64,000 nucleotides of DNA from an uncultured delta proteobacterium (GCA_963713045.1 CAVQKE010000003.1:256001-320000); one strand, 5' to 3'; numbered from the stretch's first letter, positions 38,865-49,679 are shown. The notes: generated by a model not told the origin, from the letters alone. Translations and numbers: made by a program.

Positions 38865-40775
38865 TTACGAGGTGGCGAGGAGCGCCTTAATTTGGCGAGA
38901 GAGAAAGTGACAGTAGGCCTCGATGTAGTTTGGCTCCCCTGGGCCTGGAGAGGCGTGAAGCCACGGATTCATCAAGGTGTGTCGCAGTAGAAAGAGGCCC
39001 TCCTCGTCTGCCGCCAGCAAATCAAGCTGCAGGGCATCTCCAATCCGCGCGAGCTCCTCGTTGCCCAGGTGCGCCAAGGGAACGGTGGTGCAAGAACCAA
39101 AGAACTCCTTGAGCTGGACCGGGCGATCTGGCCGAACATCGATTGTCTCGAAGAGTCGCCGTCCGAACGCGTTCGCCTTGCTGAGCAATCGGTTGCCCAA
39201 AGGGTTGAAAGCGACGCAGACCAGATTGCAGTCGGGCTCGAAGGGAATCGACAACCGGACCCAGGGGGCAACCTCCTCCTGAAGGCTCGGCATTCGGTCC
39301 ACAAGTCGCTCGCATGTCTGCACAGAGCGGGCGAGCAGTTGCCCGAAATGGTCGTGGTCGAGAGGGAGAACTCGGTGATTAACGTAGCAGGCCGCGGCGG
39401 GCGCGCCCGGCTTGCTTCCTTCGAGGATGTACCTCCCGAGCTTCCGAAAGCGTGCGGCGTCATCTTCCCGAGTGGAAGAAAAGACGTAGGGCGCAGTCTG
39501 CTGCACCAAGTCGAGCACTCGACGGTTGCGCACCACAAGCGCGCCGGCGCCAAATGGCACGAAGCCCAGCTTGTGTGGGTCGACGGTGACCGAGTCCGCT
39601 TGTGCCAGCGCCGCCGTTGCCTGGTAGACGCGTTCCGAGGGGAAGTAACGGAAGTTTTGACGGACGGTGTCCCGAGGCAGCAGCTGACCGTCGGGGTCGC
39701 GGAAAAGGCTCGGCAGGTAGCCACCCCACGCGGCGTCGACGTGCAGCCAGAACCCTGGGAACAACTCCCGGACAGCGAGGAGCTCGTGAATCGAATCGAG
39801 AGTCCCGAACTCGGTCGTCCCGTAGACGCCTACGACCGCTAAGACCGGACGTTCGTCTTTGCCCAGCACGGACAGCGTCGCCTCCAAGGCTTCTCCATCG
39901 AGGCGGGCCTGCCGGACTGGAACCTCGACGAGATTTGCTGTGCCGAGTCCCAACAGGGACATGGCTTTGTGCCAGCTGTAATGGGCTGTGGCCGGCACCA
40001 CGACCGCCAGCCGCCTCAGCACCGAGTGGCGGGACGCGAAATTGGCCAGTCCCACCTTCTCAACGCGTGACTCGCCCAGCGCTGCGCGAAGCTGGAACCC
40101 CCGGGGGGCACTGGCACAAAAGGCGGATACCTGGCGTGCGAGGTCGAGCACTTCGTCAGCCCTGAGCGAGAGGAGTTCGCCGTCAGTGCTGCCCGGACGC
40201 ACCGCGACACCCGGTGTCCAGAGGCCCGTTGCCTGGCATGCGTCGAGCAGCGCCAACGGATACAGCTTCGCCGACCGCGCAAGCCAGAGCGCCTCGTCGT
40301 TGGCGACGGTTCCGCCGGACGTTAAGTGGCCTAAGGCACAGGGCTCGGCTTCGGACTGGGTTGCAAACCCGAGCATCTGAGCGAGCTGCCGACCCACCTC
40401 AAGCTCCAGCTGAACCGTGACTGGCGCGACTTCTTCGACGATGTTGTTCGGGTTGTAGAGAGTGGTGACCAGCTCGGCGATAAGGCCCGGCATGAGTAAA
40501 TCGGACACCATGTGGCCGAGGTAACGCGGATGGAAGGCGGGCACAGACCGCTTGAGCGCTGCGGTCAGCTGGTGGAGCTCGTGCCGAGTTCTGGCGAGCC
40601 CGTCGAGGTAGGCGCCCGTGTACTGGTCGTGCGGTCCAATGGGGGGCTCGTCCTCTGGGTGAAAGTTGCGACGCCAGAAGACGTGGTCCCGGACGAGCTC
40701 GAGGAGGGTCTTCTCGAAGAAGTCGTTGTTCTCTCCGTAGGCCCCGAGGAAAAAGGGTGCGAGTGGGTCAGCCAT
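38865..40775 (-). CDS. group II PLP-dependent decarboxylase (tyrosine decarboxylase-like)
   Basis: GHMVSD, SGGTVAN, HYSW, HVDAAWGG, VDPHK. Confidence 0.9.
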   Translation of the reverse strand: MADPLAPFFLGAYGENNDFFEKTLLELVRDHVFWRRNFHPEDEPPIGPHDQYTGAYLDGLARTRHELHQLTAALKRSVPAFHPRYLGHMVSDLLMPGLIAELVTTLYNPNNIVEEVAPVTVQLELEVGRQLAQMLGFATQSEAEPCALGHLTSGGTVANDEALWLARSAKLYPLALLDACQATGLWTPGVAVRPGSTDGELLSLRADEVLDLARQVSAFCASAPRGFQLRAALGESRVEKVGLANFASRHSVLRRLAVVVPATAHYSWHKAMSLLGLGTANLVEVPVRQARLDGEALEATLSVLGKDERPVLAVVGVYGTTEFGTLDSIHELLAVRELFPGFWLHVDAAWGGYLPSLFRDPDGQLLPRDTVRQNFRYFPSERVYQATAALAQADSVTVDPHKLGFVPFGAGALVVRNRRVLDLVQQTAPYVFSSTREDDAARFRKLGRYILEGSKPGAPAAACYVNHRVLPLDHDHFGQLLARSVQTCERLVDRMPSLQEEVAPWVRLSIPFEPDCNLVCVAFNPLGNRLLSKANAFGRRLFETIDVRPDRPVQLKEFFGSCTTVPLAHLGNEELARIGDALQLDLLAADEEGLFLLRHTLMNPWLHASPGPGEPNYIEAYCHFLSRQIKALLATS

Positions 40776-40789
40776 AAGGCCATCGTCGC

Positions 40790-41367
40790 ACCGATAGGGT
40801 GGGAAGCAACGTCTCCGACGAGGCCTGAGTCCCAGCGGTTCGCGATGAAGTCGGCGATCCCTTCGTCGCGGAAAGGCCGGCGGATGGCAGGGGATAAGTA
40901 ATCCAGCCGGTAGTGGTCGCGCAGATACGTATTCAACCAGGCATGCCCACATTCATGCAGGACGACCGATATGGTCTCTGGCTTTCCGACCGGGCGCTTC
41001 TCGCACTTGAGGCAGATCACCGCCAGCTGGAAGGTCCCGGTGCCCTCCTCCCGCGCTTTTCCCAGCGTCGCCCTTGTGAACGATTCGAGATCCGCACGGT
41101 CAGACACGAGAAAGAGCCGGACGAGCGGCAAGTCGTCGCCAAAGATTTCGCGTCCCACCTCCGCGAACCGCCCGCCGCGTGGAGAACTGGCGCGTTCCAC
41201 GCGTCCTTCTCCTTGACGTACACGGCGAGCGGCCCCGGCGATTGACTCAGGGAACGCTCATCTCGCAGCCCCGCCGCCTCCGCGGCGGCATCCTCGCGCG
41301 CTTGGTTGGGATCCGCGGCCGAGGTCGCAACGGTGCACAACAGAGCATGCAGGATGGGCGCGAACAT
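40790..41367 (-). pseudogene. secreted gluzincin-like peptidase remnant, frameshifted and 3'-truncated
   Basis: Signal-like ORF from 41367; HECGH...DEGIADF in another frame. Confidence 0.55.
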
Positions 41368-41577
41368 GGAATGGATTCTAGCTCCGGCTGACGACGCGAC
41401 GAGGCCACTCTTTCGCTAGCGCGGTGGAACTGACACGACGGCGGCTACGAACTTGAAGTGGCCGGCCTGCGGGGGCGTGTCGAAGTACGAAGCGCCGCGA
41501 GCGGAACCGCTCTGTAGGTCCAACGGCGACAGCGTGGGCCAATCCCTGCGGACGATTTCCGACTAGCCTCTCTCGAA

Positions 41578-43056
41578 ATGGGATTTCTGAAGTATGCGGG
41601 CCCTTGCAGCCTGTTGGCCCTGCTCCTCGCGCTTTCCGGCTGTCCCGTGGCCACAGTGGGCGGTGGAAACGCCGACGCAGGAGGCACTCTCCCCGACGGC
41701 GGTACCTCGGACGGAGGCGGAACCCCATCCGACGGAGGCGCGCCAGACGGCGGCGCCGATGCCGGCAATGGAACGAGCTTCGACTGGCCAACTTACCTTC
41801 ACGACAATTTGCGGACGTCGACCGCACCCTTGGAAACGAAGCTCTCCCCTTCAACCGCTCCGAACCTCAAGCTGCTGTGGACCTTCCCCACTGGCGGAAC
41901 AATCGAGGCATCGCCCATCATCGTCGGGAACATGCTGTATGTCGGCTCCTGGGACGGCTACGAGTATGCCGTCGACGCCATAGACGGCGGACAGATTTGG
42001 AAGTCACCTTTTCTCGGACAAACCAACGTCGGCAGCTGCAACGGGTATCCTGCGAATCAGGGCATCAGCTCTACCGCCACTCTGGTGGGTAACAGCCTCT
42101 ACGTCGGCGGCGGCGGTCCGCTCGCCGGGCAGACGGATACGTTCTGGTACGCGCTCAACGCCTCCACGGGAGCCATCCTTTGGAGCGTGGATACTGGCAA
42201 CGCAGCGACCGATGGCTATTACAATTGGTCAAGTCCGCTCGTCTACAACGGGTACGCGTACATCAATATCGCCAGCGCGGGAAACTGCCCATCCGTGGCG
42301 GGGGCAGTCCTTCAGGTACGTCTCGCAGATCACACCGTGACCAATACCTGGAACGCCGTGGGGAGTGGGGAGCTGGGCGGAGCGCTCTGGAGCTCACCCG
42401 TGCTCGACGCGGCCACAAATACCCTCTACGTCACGACGGGCTCACCGGTCAGCGGCACGCAGGCGACGCAACCCTATACGAATGCCATCGTTGCGCTGGA
42501 TGCGACGACGCTGAGCCTCAAGGGCTACTGGCAGATCCCGCCAAACGAGGCGAGCAGCGACTCAGACTTCGGCGCGGGAGCCACCCTCTTCGATGACTCC
42601 TCAGGGCGCGCGCTGGTCGGCGCGGCCAACAAGGACGGCTACTTTTATGCGCTCGATCGAAGCACCCTGACCGAAGCGTGGGAGTCGCAGCTCGACACAG
42701 GCGGGGACAATCCATTGGGCTCGGGGAGCATTTCGCCTGCAGCCATCGCCAACGGCGTGCTCTACGTTGGTTCAGGGGACGGCTCCCTGCACGCCATTCA
42801 GACGGACGGACGGGGCCTCTGGTCCGTGACGACGGCAGGGTATGTCCTCGGTGCGGCGGCGTATGCCAACGGCGTCGTGGTGGACGGTGCAGGCGATACC
42901 CTCGAGGTGCGCGACGCCGCGGACGGAGGGGTCTTGTACACCTATGAGACTGATCCGAGCGCTGGGTACAATCTCCTGGAGACATCTCCGGTGATATGGA
43001 ATGGCCACATCTACGTGGGCTCGGCGGACGGAAACCTGTACGCCTTTGGCTTCTGA
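41578..43056 (+). CDS. PQQ-like beta-propeller lipoprotein
   Basis: LSGC lipobox, DGG linker, repeated YVGSxDG blades. Confidence 0.88.
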   Translation: MGFLKYAGPCSLLALLLALSGCPVATVGGGNADAGGTLPDGGTSDGGGTPSDGGAPDGGADAGNGTSFDWPTYLHDNLRTSTAPLETKLSPSTAPNLKLLWTFPTGGTIEASPIIVGNMLYVGSWDGYEYAVDAIDGGQIWKSPFLGQTNVGSCNGYPANQGISSTATLVGNSLYVGGGGPLAGQTDTFWYALNASTGAILWSVDTGNAATDGYYNWSSPLVYNGYAYINIASAGNCPSVAGAVLQVRLADHTVTNTWNAVGSGELGGALWSSPVLDAATNTLYVTTGSPVSGTQATQPYTNAIVALDATTLSLKGYWQIPPNEASSDSDFGAGATLFDDSSGRALVGAANKDGYFYALDRSTLTEAWESQLDTGGDNPLGSGSISPAAIANGVLYVGSGDGSLHAIQTDGRGLWSVTTAGYVLGAAAYANGVVVDGAGDTLEVRDAADGGVLYTYETDPSAGYNLLETSPVIWNGHIYVGSADGNLYAFGF

Positions 43057-43118
43057 CGGGCCACGGGAGCGGCCCCGTGGGCAAACGAATTCACTAACCC
43101 CTAGCGCTCCCCTAGCGC

Positions 43119-44568
43119 CAATGCCGATCAGTTAAGCCCAAGCGATCGCAGGCATTGAGGAATTTGGCGCGGGGCCCGGGGCCCTATGCGGGACGTTCAG
43201 AATTGATCAGAGTGCGCGTCTCAGGAGGGACGCGTGCGAATCGACCAGGCTCTGAATGCAGTCGGGGCGTTTGCGGTCGCGGATAAGCTGGACCAGCTCA
43301 AGCAGCACCTAAGCGCGGACTGGGTGGAGCAGGCGCTGGCTTGGGCCGGCACAACCACTATCCGGCGAAGGCGTCTGCCCGCGGAGCAGGTTGTTTGGCT
43401 CGTCATCGGGATGGGCCTGTTCCGGAACGAGCCCATCGAGCGCATCGTCGACATGCTCGACCTGGCGTTGCCGGACGAGCGCGACTCGTTGGTGGCCAAA
43501 AGCGCCATTAGCCAGGCGCGTCAGCGACTCAAGGACACACCGCTCGAGTACCTCTTCGCGACAACGGCAGCGGAATGGTCGGCGCGGAGCGCCAACGCGC
43601 ATCGGTGGCGAGGCCTTACTGTCTATGGCCTCGACGGCACGACGATGCGTGTTCCCGACTCACCCGAGAACCGAGAGGAATTCGGAGGCCAGGGGGCAGG
43701 CGGAGGACGAGGAGACAGCGGCTACCCGCTGGTCCGCGTGGTGGCGATGATGGCCCTGCGCTCGCACGTCCTTTCGGCCTTTCGGTTTGCCGACTACAAA
43801 ACGGGCGAGGTGACGCTGGCGCGTCAGGTCTGGGAGCAGCTGCCAGCTGATTCCCTGGTCATCATCGACCGTAACTTCTTGGTGAAGCAGGACCTCTTCG
43901 CGCTCGAATGCACCGGCAACCGTCACTGGCTCTCGCGCACGAAGAAGAACACGCGCTGGGCCATCGTCGAGAGACTCGGCAAGGACGACTACCTGGTCGA
44001 GCTGGAGCTACACGGGAAGGGGCTGCCAAGCACGTACCCGGTCCGAGCAATTCACTACAAGCGCAAGGGCTACCCTCGCTCGACGCTGCTCACGTCCCTC
44101 ACCGACCCCGAGAAGTTTCCGGCCCAGGAACTGGTCGCGCTCTACCACGAGCGGTGGGAAGCGGAGATTGCGTACGACGAGGTGAAGACTCACCTGCTTG
44201 ACCGCCAGGAAGCCATCCGGAGTCGGACACCCGAAGGCGTACGGCAGGAGCTCTGGGGAATTGCGCTTGCGTACAACCTCGTGCGCGTCGAGATGGAACG
44301 AACGGCCGCGGAAGCCGGTGTCCCGCCAACACGCATCAGCTTCACCGCGTCGCTCGCACTCATCCGAGACGAACTCGGCCGAATGGGAGGGGCTCGCTTT
44401 TTGCCGGGCACCATTCCCAAACGCCTAATGAGCATGCGACGACACCTCAAACGGCTGATTCTCCCCGAACGCCGAACCGAGCGCGTCTTTCCCCGGGCCG
44501 TGAAGCTCAAGATGAGCTCCTATCCCCGCAAGCGCCCCCAGGGGAGCCTCCCTAAGTGAACGGCATTG
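43119..44568 (+). mobile_element. IS4-family insertion sequence, copy 2, 1450 bp
   Basis: Same IRs as copy 1; 10-bp TSD CCCCTAGCGC at 43109-43118 and 44569-44578. Confidence 0.95.
43234..44559 (+). CDS. IS4-family DDE transposase
   Basis: Protein identical to copy 1. Confidence 0.95.
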   Translation: MRIDQALNAVGAFAVADKLDQLKQHLSADWVEQALAWAGTTTIRRRRLPAEQVVWLVIGMGLFRNEPIERIVDMLDLALPDERDSLVAKSAISQARQRLKDTPLEYLFATTAAEWSARSANAHRWRGLTVYGLDGTTMRVPDSPENREEFGGQGAGGGRGDSGYPLVRVVAMMALRSHVLSAFRFADYKTGEVTLARQVWEQLPADSLVIIDRNFLVKQDLFALECTGNRHWLSRTKKNTRWAIVERLGKDDYLVELELHGKGLPSTYPVRAIHYKRKGYPRSTLLTSLTDPEKFPAQELVALYHERWEAEIAYDEVKTHLLDRQEAIRSRTPEGVRQELWGIALAYNLVRVEMERTAAEAGVPPTRISFTASLALIRDELGRMGGARFLPGTIPKRLMSMRRHLKRLILPERRTERVFPRAVKLKMSSYPRKRPQGSLPK

Positions 44569-44592
44569 CCCCTAGCGCCGCAGTTCGCCCCG

Positions 44593-45483
44593 CTAATTCT
44601 CGGGGCACGGGGTGACGACGTCGACGGTGACGCGACGGTTCCTGCGGCGCAGCTCCTCGAGCACTTGGGGCATGGCCTTGGCGTCTTTGGAATTTGGAGC
44701 GGGCTCGGGCGCCACGTTGGAGGTGGCACCCACGCCGGACACCGAGTGGATTTTCTTCGCCGGGACGCCCTTGCTCTCGAGCCACTTCTTGACGGCTATC
44801 GCGCGGTCGACGCTGAGCTTCTTGTTGACTGCGGCGGTGCCCTCATTGGACGTGTGGCCGATGATGTTCACCGTCAACTCCGGGCAGCTATTGACGTAGG
44901 CCAGGAGCTTGTCCAGGGTGGCCTGAGTATTCGGGCGGTCGAACAGGAACTCGGCCTTGCCGGCCTTAAAGTCGATGTCAGTGAAGTCCTGCTCGGACCC
45001 TGCAGTGTAGATGCCGGTAGCGAACGCGGCCTGGTGGGATTTGAGTGCGCTGAGCATCCCCGCCGTTGCGGTCGAGGAAGCGCTCACCTTCGCCACGGCC
45101 CCATCGAAGGCAGCCTTGGCCTTGTCGATGGCGGCCTGGATTGTGGCCACCTTGCCACTGCCCATCGCCCCGTGAACAGACGCGGAGCCGGACTTGATGG
45201 TGCCGTCGACTTCGTCGAGCTGGCCGGCCTCCACAGCCAGAGCGCTGTTGAGCTTCGCCCCAAGGGCCTGGCCCTTAGTGTCGCCCGGGGCGATGGCCGG
45301 GAGCGCCTTCACCATACCGACGGTGTCGTTGTACTGCTTGCGGAGACCGTCTGCCGTCTTCCCCATCGCGGCATACAGCTGCTCCCAACTGGCAGTGACT
45401 GGCCCCACGTCCTCGGCACAGCCCACCAGTGCGACAACGGCAAGCAACGCCGCACCGGCTCGTCCTAACAAAGCCCGTTTCAT
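44593..45483 (-). CDS. OmpA-domain lipoprotein
   Basis: LVGC lipobox; GHTSNEG...NKKLSVDRA...NRRV. Confidence 0.85.
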   Translation of the reverse strand: MKRALLGRAGAALLAVVALVGCAEDVGPVTASWEQLYAAMGKTADGLRKQYNDTVGMVKALPAIAPGDTKGQALGAKLNSALAVEAGQLDEVDGTIKSGSASVHGAMGSGKVATIQAAIDKAKAAFDGAVAKVSASSTATAGMLSALKSHQAAFATGIYTAGSEQDFTDIDFKAGKAEFLFDRPNTQATLDKLLAYVNSCPELTVNIIGHTSNEGTAAVNKKLSVDRAIAVKKWLESKGVPAKKIHSVSGVGATSNVAPEPAPNSKDAKAMPQVLEELRRRNRRVTVDVVTPCPEN

Positions 45484-45756
45484 GGTTCCCCCTACTGCCT
45501 CCCTGAAGAGAGGCTTCATCCCCTGGGGCGGGTTTTGCGCCGGACCGACGACAGAATCAAGCGGCGTGGACGGCGTCGTGGCGGAACCCTGCGCGGGCTA
45601 GCCCCGAGGCCAAAGCAATGGAAGCCAAGGCGCTGGAGGACGCCCGTAGGAAGACCCCGCGGATGATGTGCACCCCGTCACTCCCCTGCCCAGAGCGGAA
45701 CCGCGCCATCGCACCGAGCGTCCCGGCGGCCGCCGCAAGGGACGCGACGTCCGTCC

Positions 45757-46947
45757 TCAGGAACTGGAGTGCATCGGGTGGCCGTTCCCAGGCTGAAGGA
45801 TGCGCCGCGTCAGCGATTCACCATGGCGCCGCCGATGCAAGGTCCGAGCCTGCCGCACCCAATGGTCGCGCTGGATGCGCCCGTGGAACTCGTTGAGAGA
45901 GGCGTCGACCCGTCGGATGTCCTGACGGGTCCAGAGCGCTACCTGGCGGAAGGTATGGACGCCGTGGCGGTGAAGAAGACGCTCCAGCACAGGTCCTACG
46001 CCGACAATCTCCTTCAGGTCGTCGCGCCGTTCCCGCCGGACCTTCTCCACTTTGGGCTGCCGGGTCAGCTCGAGCACCTGCAGCTGGGCCCGCCGGTGCG
46101 CTTCCTGTTCGGTGTGGAGCCGCGCCTCGACCTCCTGCAGGCGAGATTCAATGTCGTCGCGGTCGGATTCTCCGTCGCGAAGGGCCTCCTCGAGGCTCCT
46201 TACCCGGGCCTCCGCGCCATCGCGCGCGGTCTCCAGTGCGCGGTGACTGAGCTCCAGCTGTGCCACCCGATCTAGGGTCTGGCCGAGCCGCTGCTCCAGC
46301 ATCGCCCGCTCGCGGGCATCCGTGTCCAGCGATGCCTCCATCCGTTCGCGGGAGCTGGTGAGCTGAGCCTCGAGCCCCTGGAGCCGCTCCGACGCCTCGC
46401 TGAGACTGGCCTGGAGGCGCTCCCAATCGGCGCGCAAACGCTCGAGCTCATCGGCGGTGCGTCCCTCCAGCGCGCGGATGGCGTCCTCGGCATGGGCCGC
46501 CCGCACCGTCGCGTCTCGTAGTCTCGACTCAGCCTGTTCGCGGGCTCCGGCAGATTCCCTGGCCGCCGATTCCGCCACGGACACCCGGGACAGCGCCACG
46601 CGCAGCGCTCCCTCGGTGGCCTCGGCGCGCTCCGTCGCCGCGCGCATCCCGGTCTCGGCAGCCAGCGTCCGGTCCTCGGCACTCCGCTGCCGCAGCTCGA
46701 CGGCCTTCACCCGGGCGAGCGCGCCATCGAGTTCGCCGGCGATACGGTCGCGCGCCGCCTCGGCCACTGCGGCGGCGCGCGCGGCCAGGGCCAGCTCCCG
46801 CTCTACGGTCGCCACCCGCGCTGTTGCGTCCTCCAGGCGGGCGGTGCGGTCCCGACCCATCAGCGAAGCCACCGCCCAGCCGGCCACCACCCCGATGAGA
46901 CCGGCGAGCAGCAGGCACAGAAACATCTGCGACGCGATCTGCCACAT
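45757..46947 (-). CDS. membrane-anchored coiled-coil protein with C-terminal HhH (COG3743-like) domain
   Basis: N-terminal TM, long heptad region, DDLKEIVGVGP...GRIQRDHWVRQA. Confidence 0.8.
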   Translation of the reverse strand: MWQIASQMFLCLLLAGLIGVVAGWAVASLMGRDRTARLEDATARVATVERELALAARAAAVAEAARDRIAGELDGALARVKAVELRQRSAEDRTLAAETGMRAATERAEATEGALRVALSRVSVAESAARESAGAREQAESRLRDATVRAAHAEDAIRALEGRTADELERLRADWERLQASLSEASERLQGLEAQLTSSRERMEASLDTDARERAMLEQRLGQTLDRVAQLELSHRALETARDGAEARVRSLEEALRDGESDRDDIESRLQEVEARLHTEQEAHRRAQLQVLELTRQPKVEKVRRERRDDLKEIVGVGPVLERLLHRHGVHTFRQVALWTRQDIRRVDASLNEFHGRIQRDHWVRQARTLHRRRHGESLTRRILQPGNGHPMHSSS

Positions 46948-46980
46948 ACCCTAGCTCCGTCGGTGAAGGGTGGCTGGTGC

Positions 46981-47511
46981 TCAGCGCACCCGGAAGTCGA
47001 TTCTCCGGTTCAGCTGCCGCCCCGCCTGGGTGGCGTTGTCGCCCACCGGCCGTTCCTCGCCCTCGGCCCGCGCAGTAAGGCGCTCTGCGCTCACGCCATG
47101 GTCGATCAAGTACCGCTTCACCAGCTCAGCCCGTGCCTCGCTCAACGACTGGTTGCTGGCGGCAGTGCCCACCGCGTCGGCGTGACCGACGATCTCCAAC
47201 CTCGTCTCCGGGCTTTCCTTTAAGAGGATGGCCAGGCGGTCCAGGAGTCGCTGCCCATCGGGATCGAGCACCGCCTTGCCGGTGGGGAACTCGATGGTGC
47301 CCTGGCTGAGCTCGGCGTCCACAGCGCGCTGCAGCGCGCGCGCTGGAGCACCCGGCTCCGTCGTTGGAGGAGCGACCACCGCCGGGGCCGGCGGCGGGAG
47401 GTGGCCGGCGTGCACGGTGGTCATCGTCGCCGCATGGCCGCCGATGCAGAAGAGGCAGAGCAGCAGGAAGGCCACTCCGCATCCAGCGAGAACCACCTTG
47501 GGGTGCCACAT
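46981..47511 (-). CDS. OmpA family protein
   Basis: GHADAVG..NQSLSEARA...NRRIDF. Confidence 0.88.
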   Translation of the reverse strand: MWHPKVVLAGCGVAFLLLCLFCIGGHAATMTTVHAGHLPPPAPAVVAPPTTEPGAPARALQRAVDAELSQGTIEFPTGKAVLDPDGQRLLDRLAILLKESPETRLEIVGHADAVGTAASNQSLSEARAELVKRYLIDHGVSAERLTARAEGEERPVGDNATQAGRQLNRRIDFRVR

Positions 47512-47688
47512 CAAGCGCCCTCCCCCGGGTGGACTTTCCCGCCGTCGGGACGCCTCGGTCAATCGTCACCCGAGCGTTGGCCCCGGGAACTTGGGAAGAG
47601 GCGAATCCGACAGCCCGATGTTCACCTGAGCAGTGTCACCAGGCCCAATCCCTGAGTCGAGCTCCGGCGGAATCCGCCGGGCTGTCCA

Positions 47689-48015
47689 TCACTCCTCAGA
47701 CTTCTTAGTGAAAAAAGAATGGTCAATCGTTGCCTCCCGGAGGTCGTCGACTTCAAGCACGAGTTCGGCCACCTTCTGCTTCAGCCGACGTAAGTGCTCA
47801 GCTTGTAGCGCCTCCTCGCCAAACGGGCGCGACCGAAGGGCATTCTCCGCGCCAAGGAGAAACTTCTCCTTCCACTCCTCCAACTCAGCCACAGTCAGCC
47901 CATGCTTCCGGGCGGCCTCCTGCATCGAGGTTTCCCCCTTCAGAATGCTGGCCACGAGTGCCACTCTCCGCCTTGCAGTCCAGTGTCGAACGTCCTCTGG
48001 AATTTCGTCTTCCAT
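47689..48015 (-). mobile_element. DUF1153/IS3-family OrfA-like gene, orphan IS remnant
   Basis: RHWTARRRVALV...EAARKHGLT...LKQKVAELVLE (HTH + zipper); no OrfB follows. Confidence 0.65.
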
Positions 48016-48690
48016 CGCTACACCGCCTCTCAAGTGGCCACCTTCACCGCGTCCGAGGGGTGGCTCCGATCCTGGGGGGTCCGGGATGCTGCTCGCTGAG
48101 CCCTTACGGGAAAGTCGGAGACGGTCTGGGACCAATACCGCCTCATCCGGCAGCGCTTCCTCTGCTACCTCCACTTTCTCCACAGCTCCGGCGGCGCCAA
48201 CGACCCCGTTGGGAATCGTTTGATGACTGGCTAGAGCCGGATTGTACCTTGCGATGAAGTTCGCCATCTCGTGGTGCGAATCGGGCTGGCCGGTTCGACC
48301 TCGAAAGGCGGAGCAGTTGCCATGCCACTCTCTCTTTCGGACGAAACAGGAACCCGTTGTGTCTCCGCGGACACACGGTTGTGCTGCGAGGATCACTAGT
48401 GGGATCTCGTGTGCACGTTGGAGTCGGCAGTCACGCCGAAGGCACCCGCTCTTCGCGTCGATGATGATCATCAGCGAAGAAACCTCGGGGAATGGCCGGC
48501 TTCGGTTCCCCCCGAAAAGTGCGGCGGTCCGGCCGAACGTCTAGAGGCGTACGGGAGACTCGAATGACGCTACCAAGCGGCGAGACCAGCGAGGAGGAGC
48601 TTGCCAAGGAGGCGCTAAACCCCGTCGCGGATCTCCACTCCTTTCCAGACCAACGGACATCCGAACTTCATCGGCCGGTTTAAGCCTTGA

Positions 48691-49065
48691 TCACCACTCG
48701 TTCGCCTTCCCTTCGAGGGGGCCGCGTTGAGGGTTCACGACGCAGAACCGCTGGCCGGTCGGTGCTTCCATCACCCACCAACGTTTGACGAACGCGACGC
48801 GCTTGGCCCCGAGTGCTTCTAGCCGGAGTACTTCGGCATTCAAGTCATCCGTTTCGATGTCCAGATGAATCCAACTGGGATGGTCGACCTTCTGTACCAA
48901 CAGAATCAGCTCATCCGGACGCGTCTCCAGTTCGCGATAACTGGAGGCATCTACCTTGGAAGCATCGACCTGCTTTCCGAGCGCCCGAGCCCAGAATTCA
49001 GCGGCAGCCCCCAGGTCCTCCGACTTGCAATCGATGACCAATGCGCACAGCCGACTGCGATGCAT
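48691..49065 (-). CDS. VOC/glyoxalase-like protein
   Basis: LVIDC..AEFW...IHLDIE...WWVMEAPTGQRFCV. Confidence 0.88.
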   Translation of the reverse strand: MHRSRLCALVIDCKSEDLGAAAEFWARALGKQVDASKVDASSYRELETRPDELILLVQKVDHPSWIHLDIETDDLNAEVLRLEALGAKRVAFVKRWWVMEAPTGQRFCVVNPQRGPLEGKANEW

Positions 49066-49679
49066 AGCTGCCTCCAAATGCCGACTTTCATCCGAGGTTG
49101 AGCAGCCTCGTACCACGAGCTCTCCCACCCCGGGGCAAGGCGCGGCCTCGCGCACGAGCCTCCATTCGCCGCAGCAGCAGCACGAAGACACGTCACCAAA
49201 AAAACCGCTGTGAGGACCGCTCACTCACCGGGGAAACCTATTTCCATGAGGCTCGGTTCGAATCCCGCCACGGCATCTCGGCCTTGAATTTCAGGGAAAG
49301 CAGTTCAGCTGATTCTCCGACCGTAAGGGCCAACGACGAACTCTCGGCCCGGACAGCTGGGCATTCGCCGCGACAGCACTTGGGGCTTCGCCAACAAGCC
49401 ATTTGCGTCCCATTTTCGACAGTGGTGCGGTCTCAGTACCCAACGCGTCCTCAGCCAGCTGCTGCTGGCACGGTCGACGCAAGCCGTCTTCCCGGGCCGG
49501 AAACTCATTTGGGAGCAGCTAGGCGGCTAGGAAAAGCATGGGGTTCGGTCTTCGGTCCCGGGTCCCCCGGGACTCCACTAGCTGGGCCGCCAGAGAATGG
49601 AGGCTCACATCACCCCAATGGCGCCCACATTCTTGTCACGCCACTTATTTCTAGATTTCCGGTACTCTCCTGGCCGCGC

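Noticed and set aside
791..44568. Composite transposon bounded by the two IS4 copies
   Set aside because: Each copy has its own distinct TSD on both sides, so they are independent insertions.
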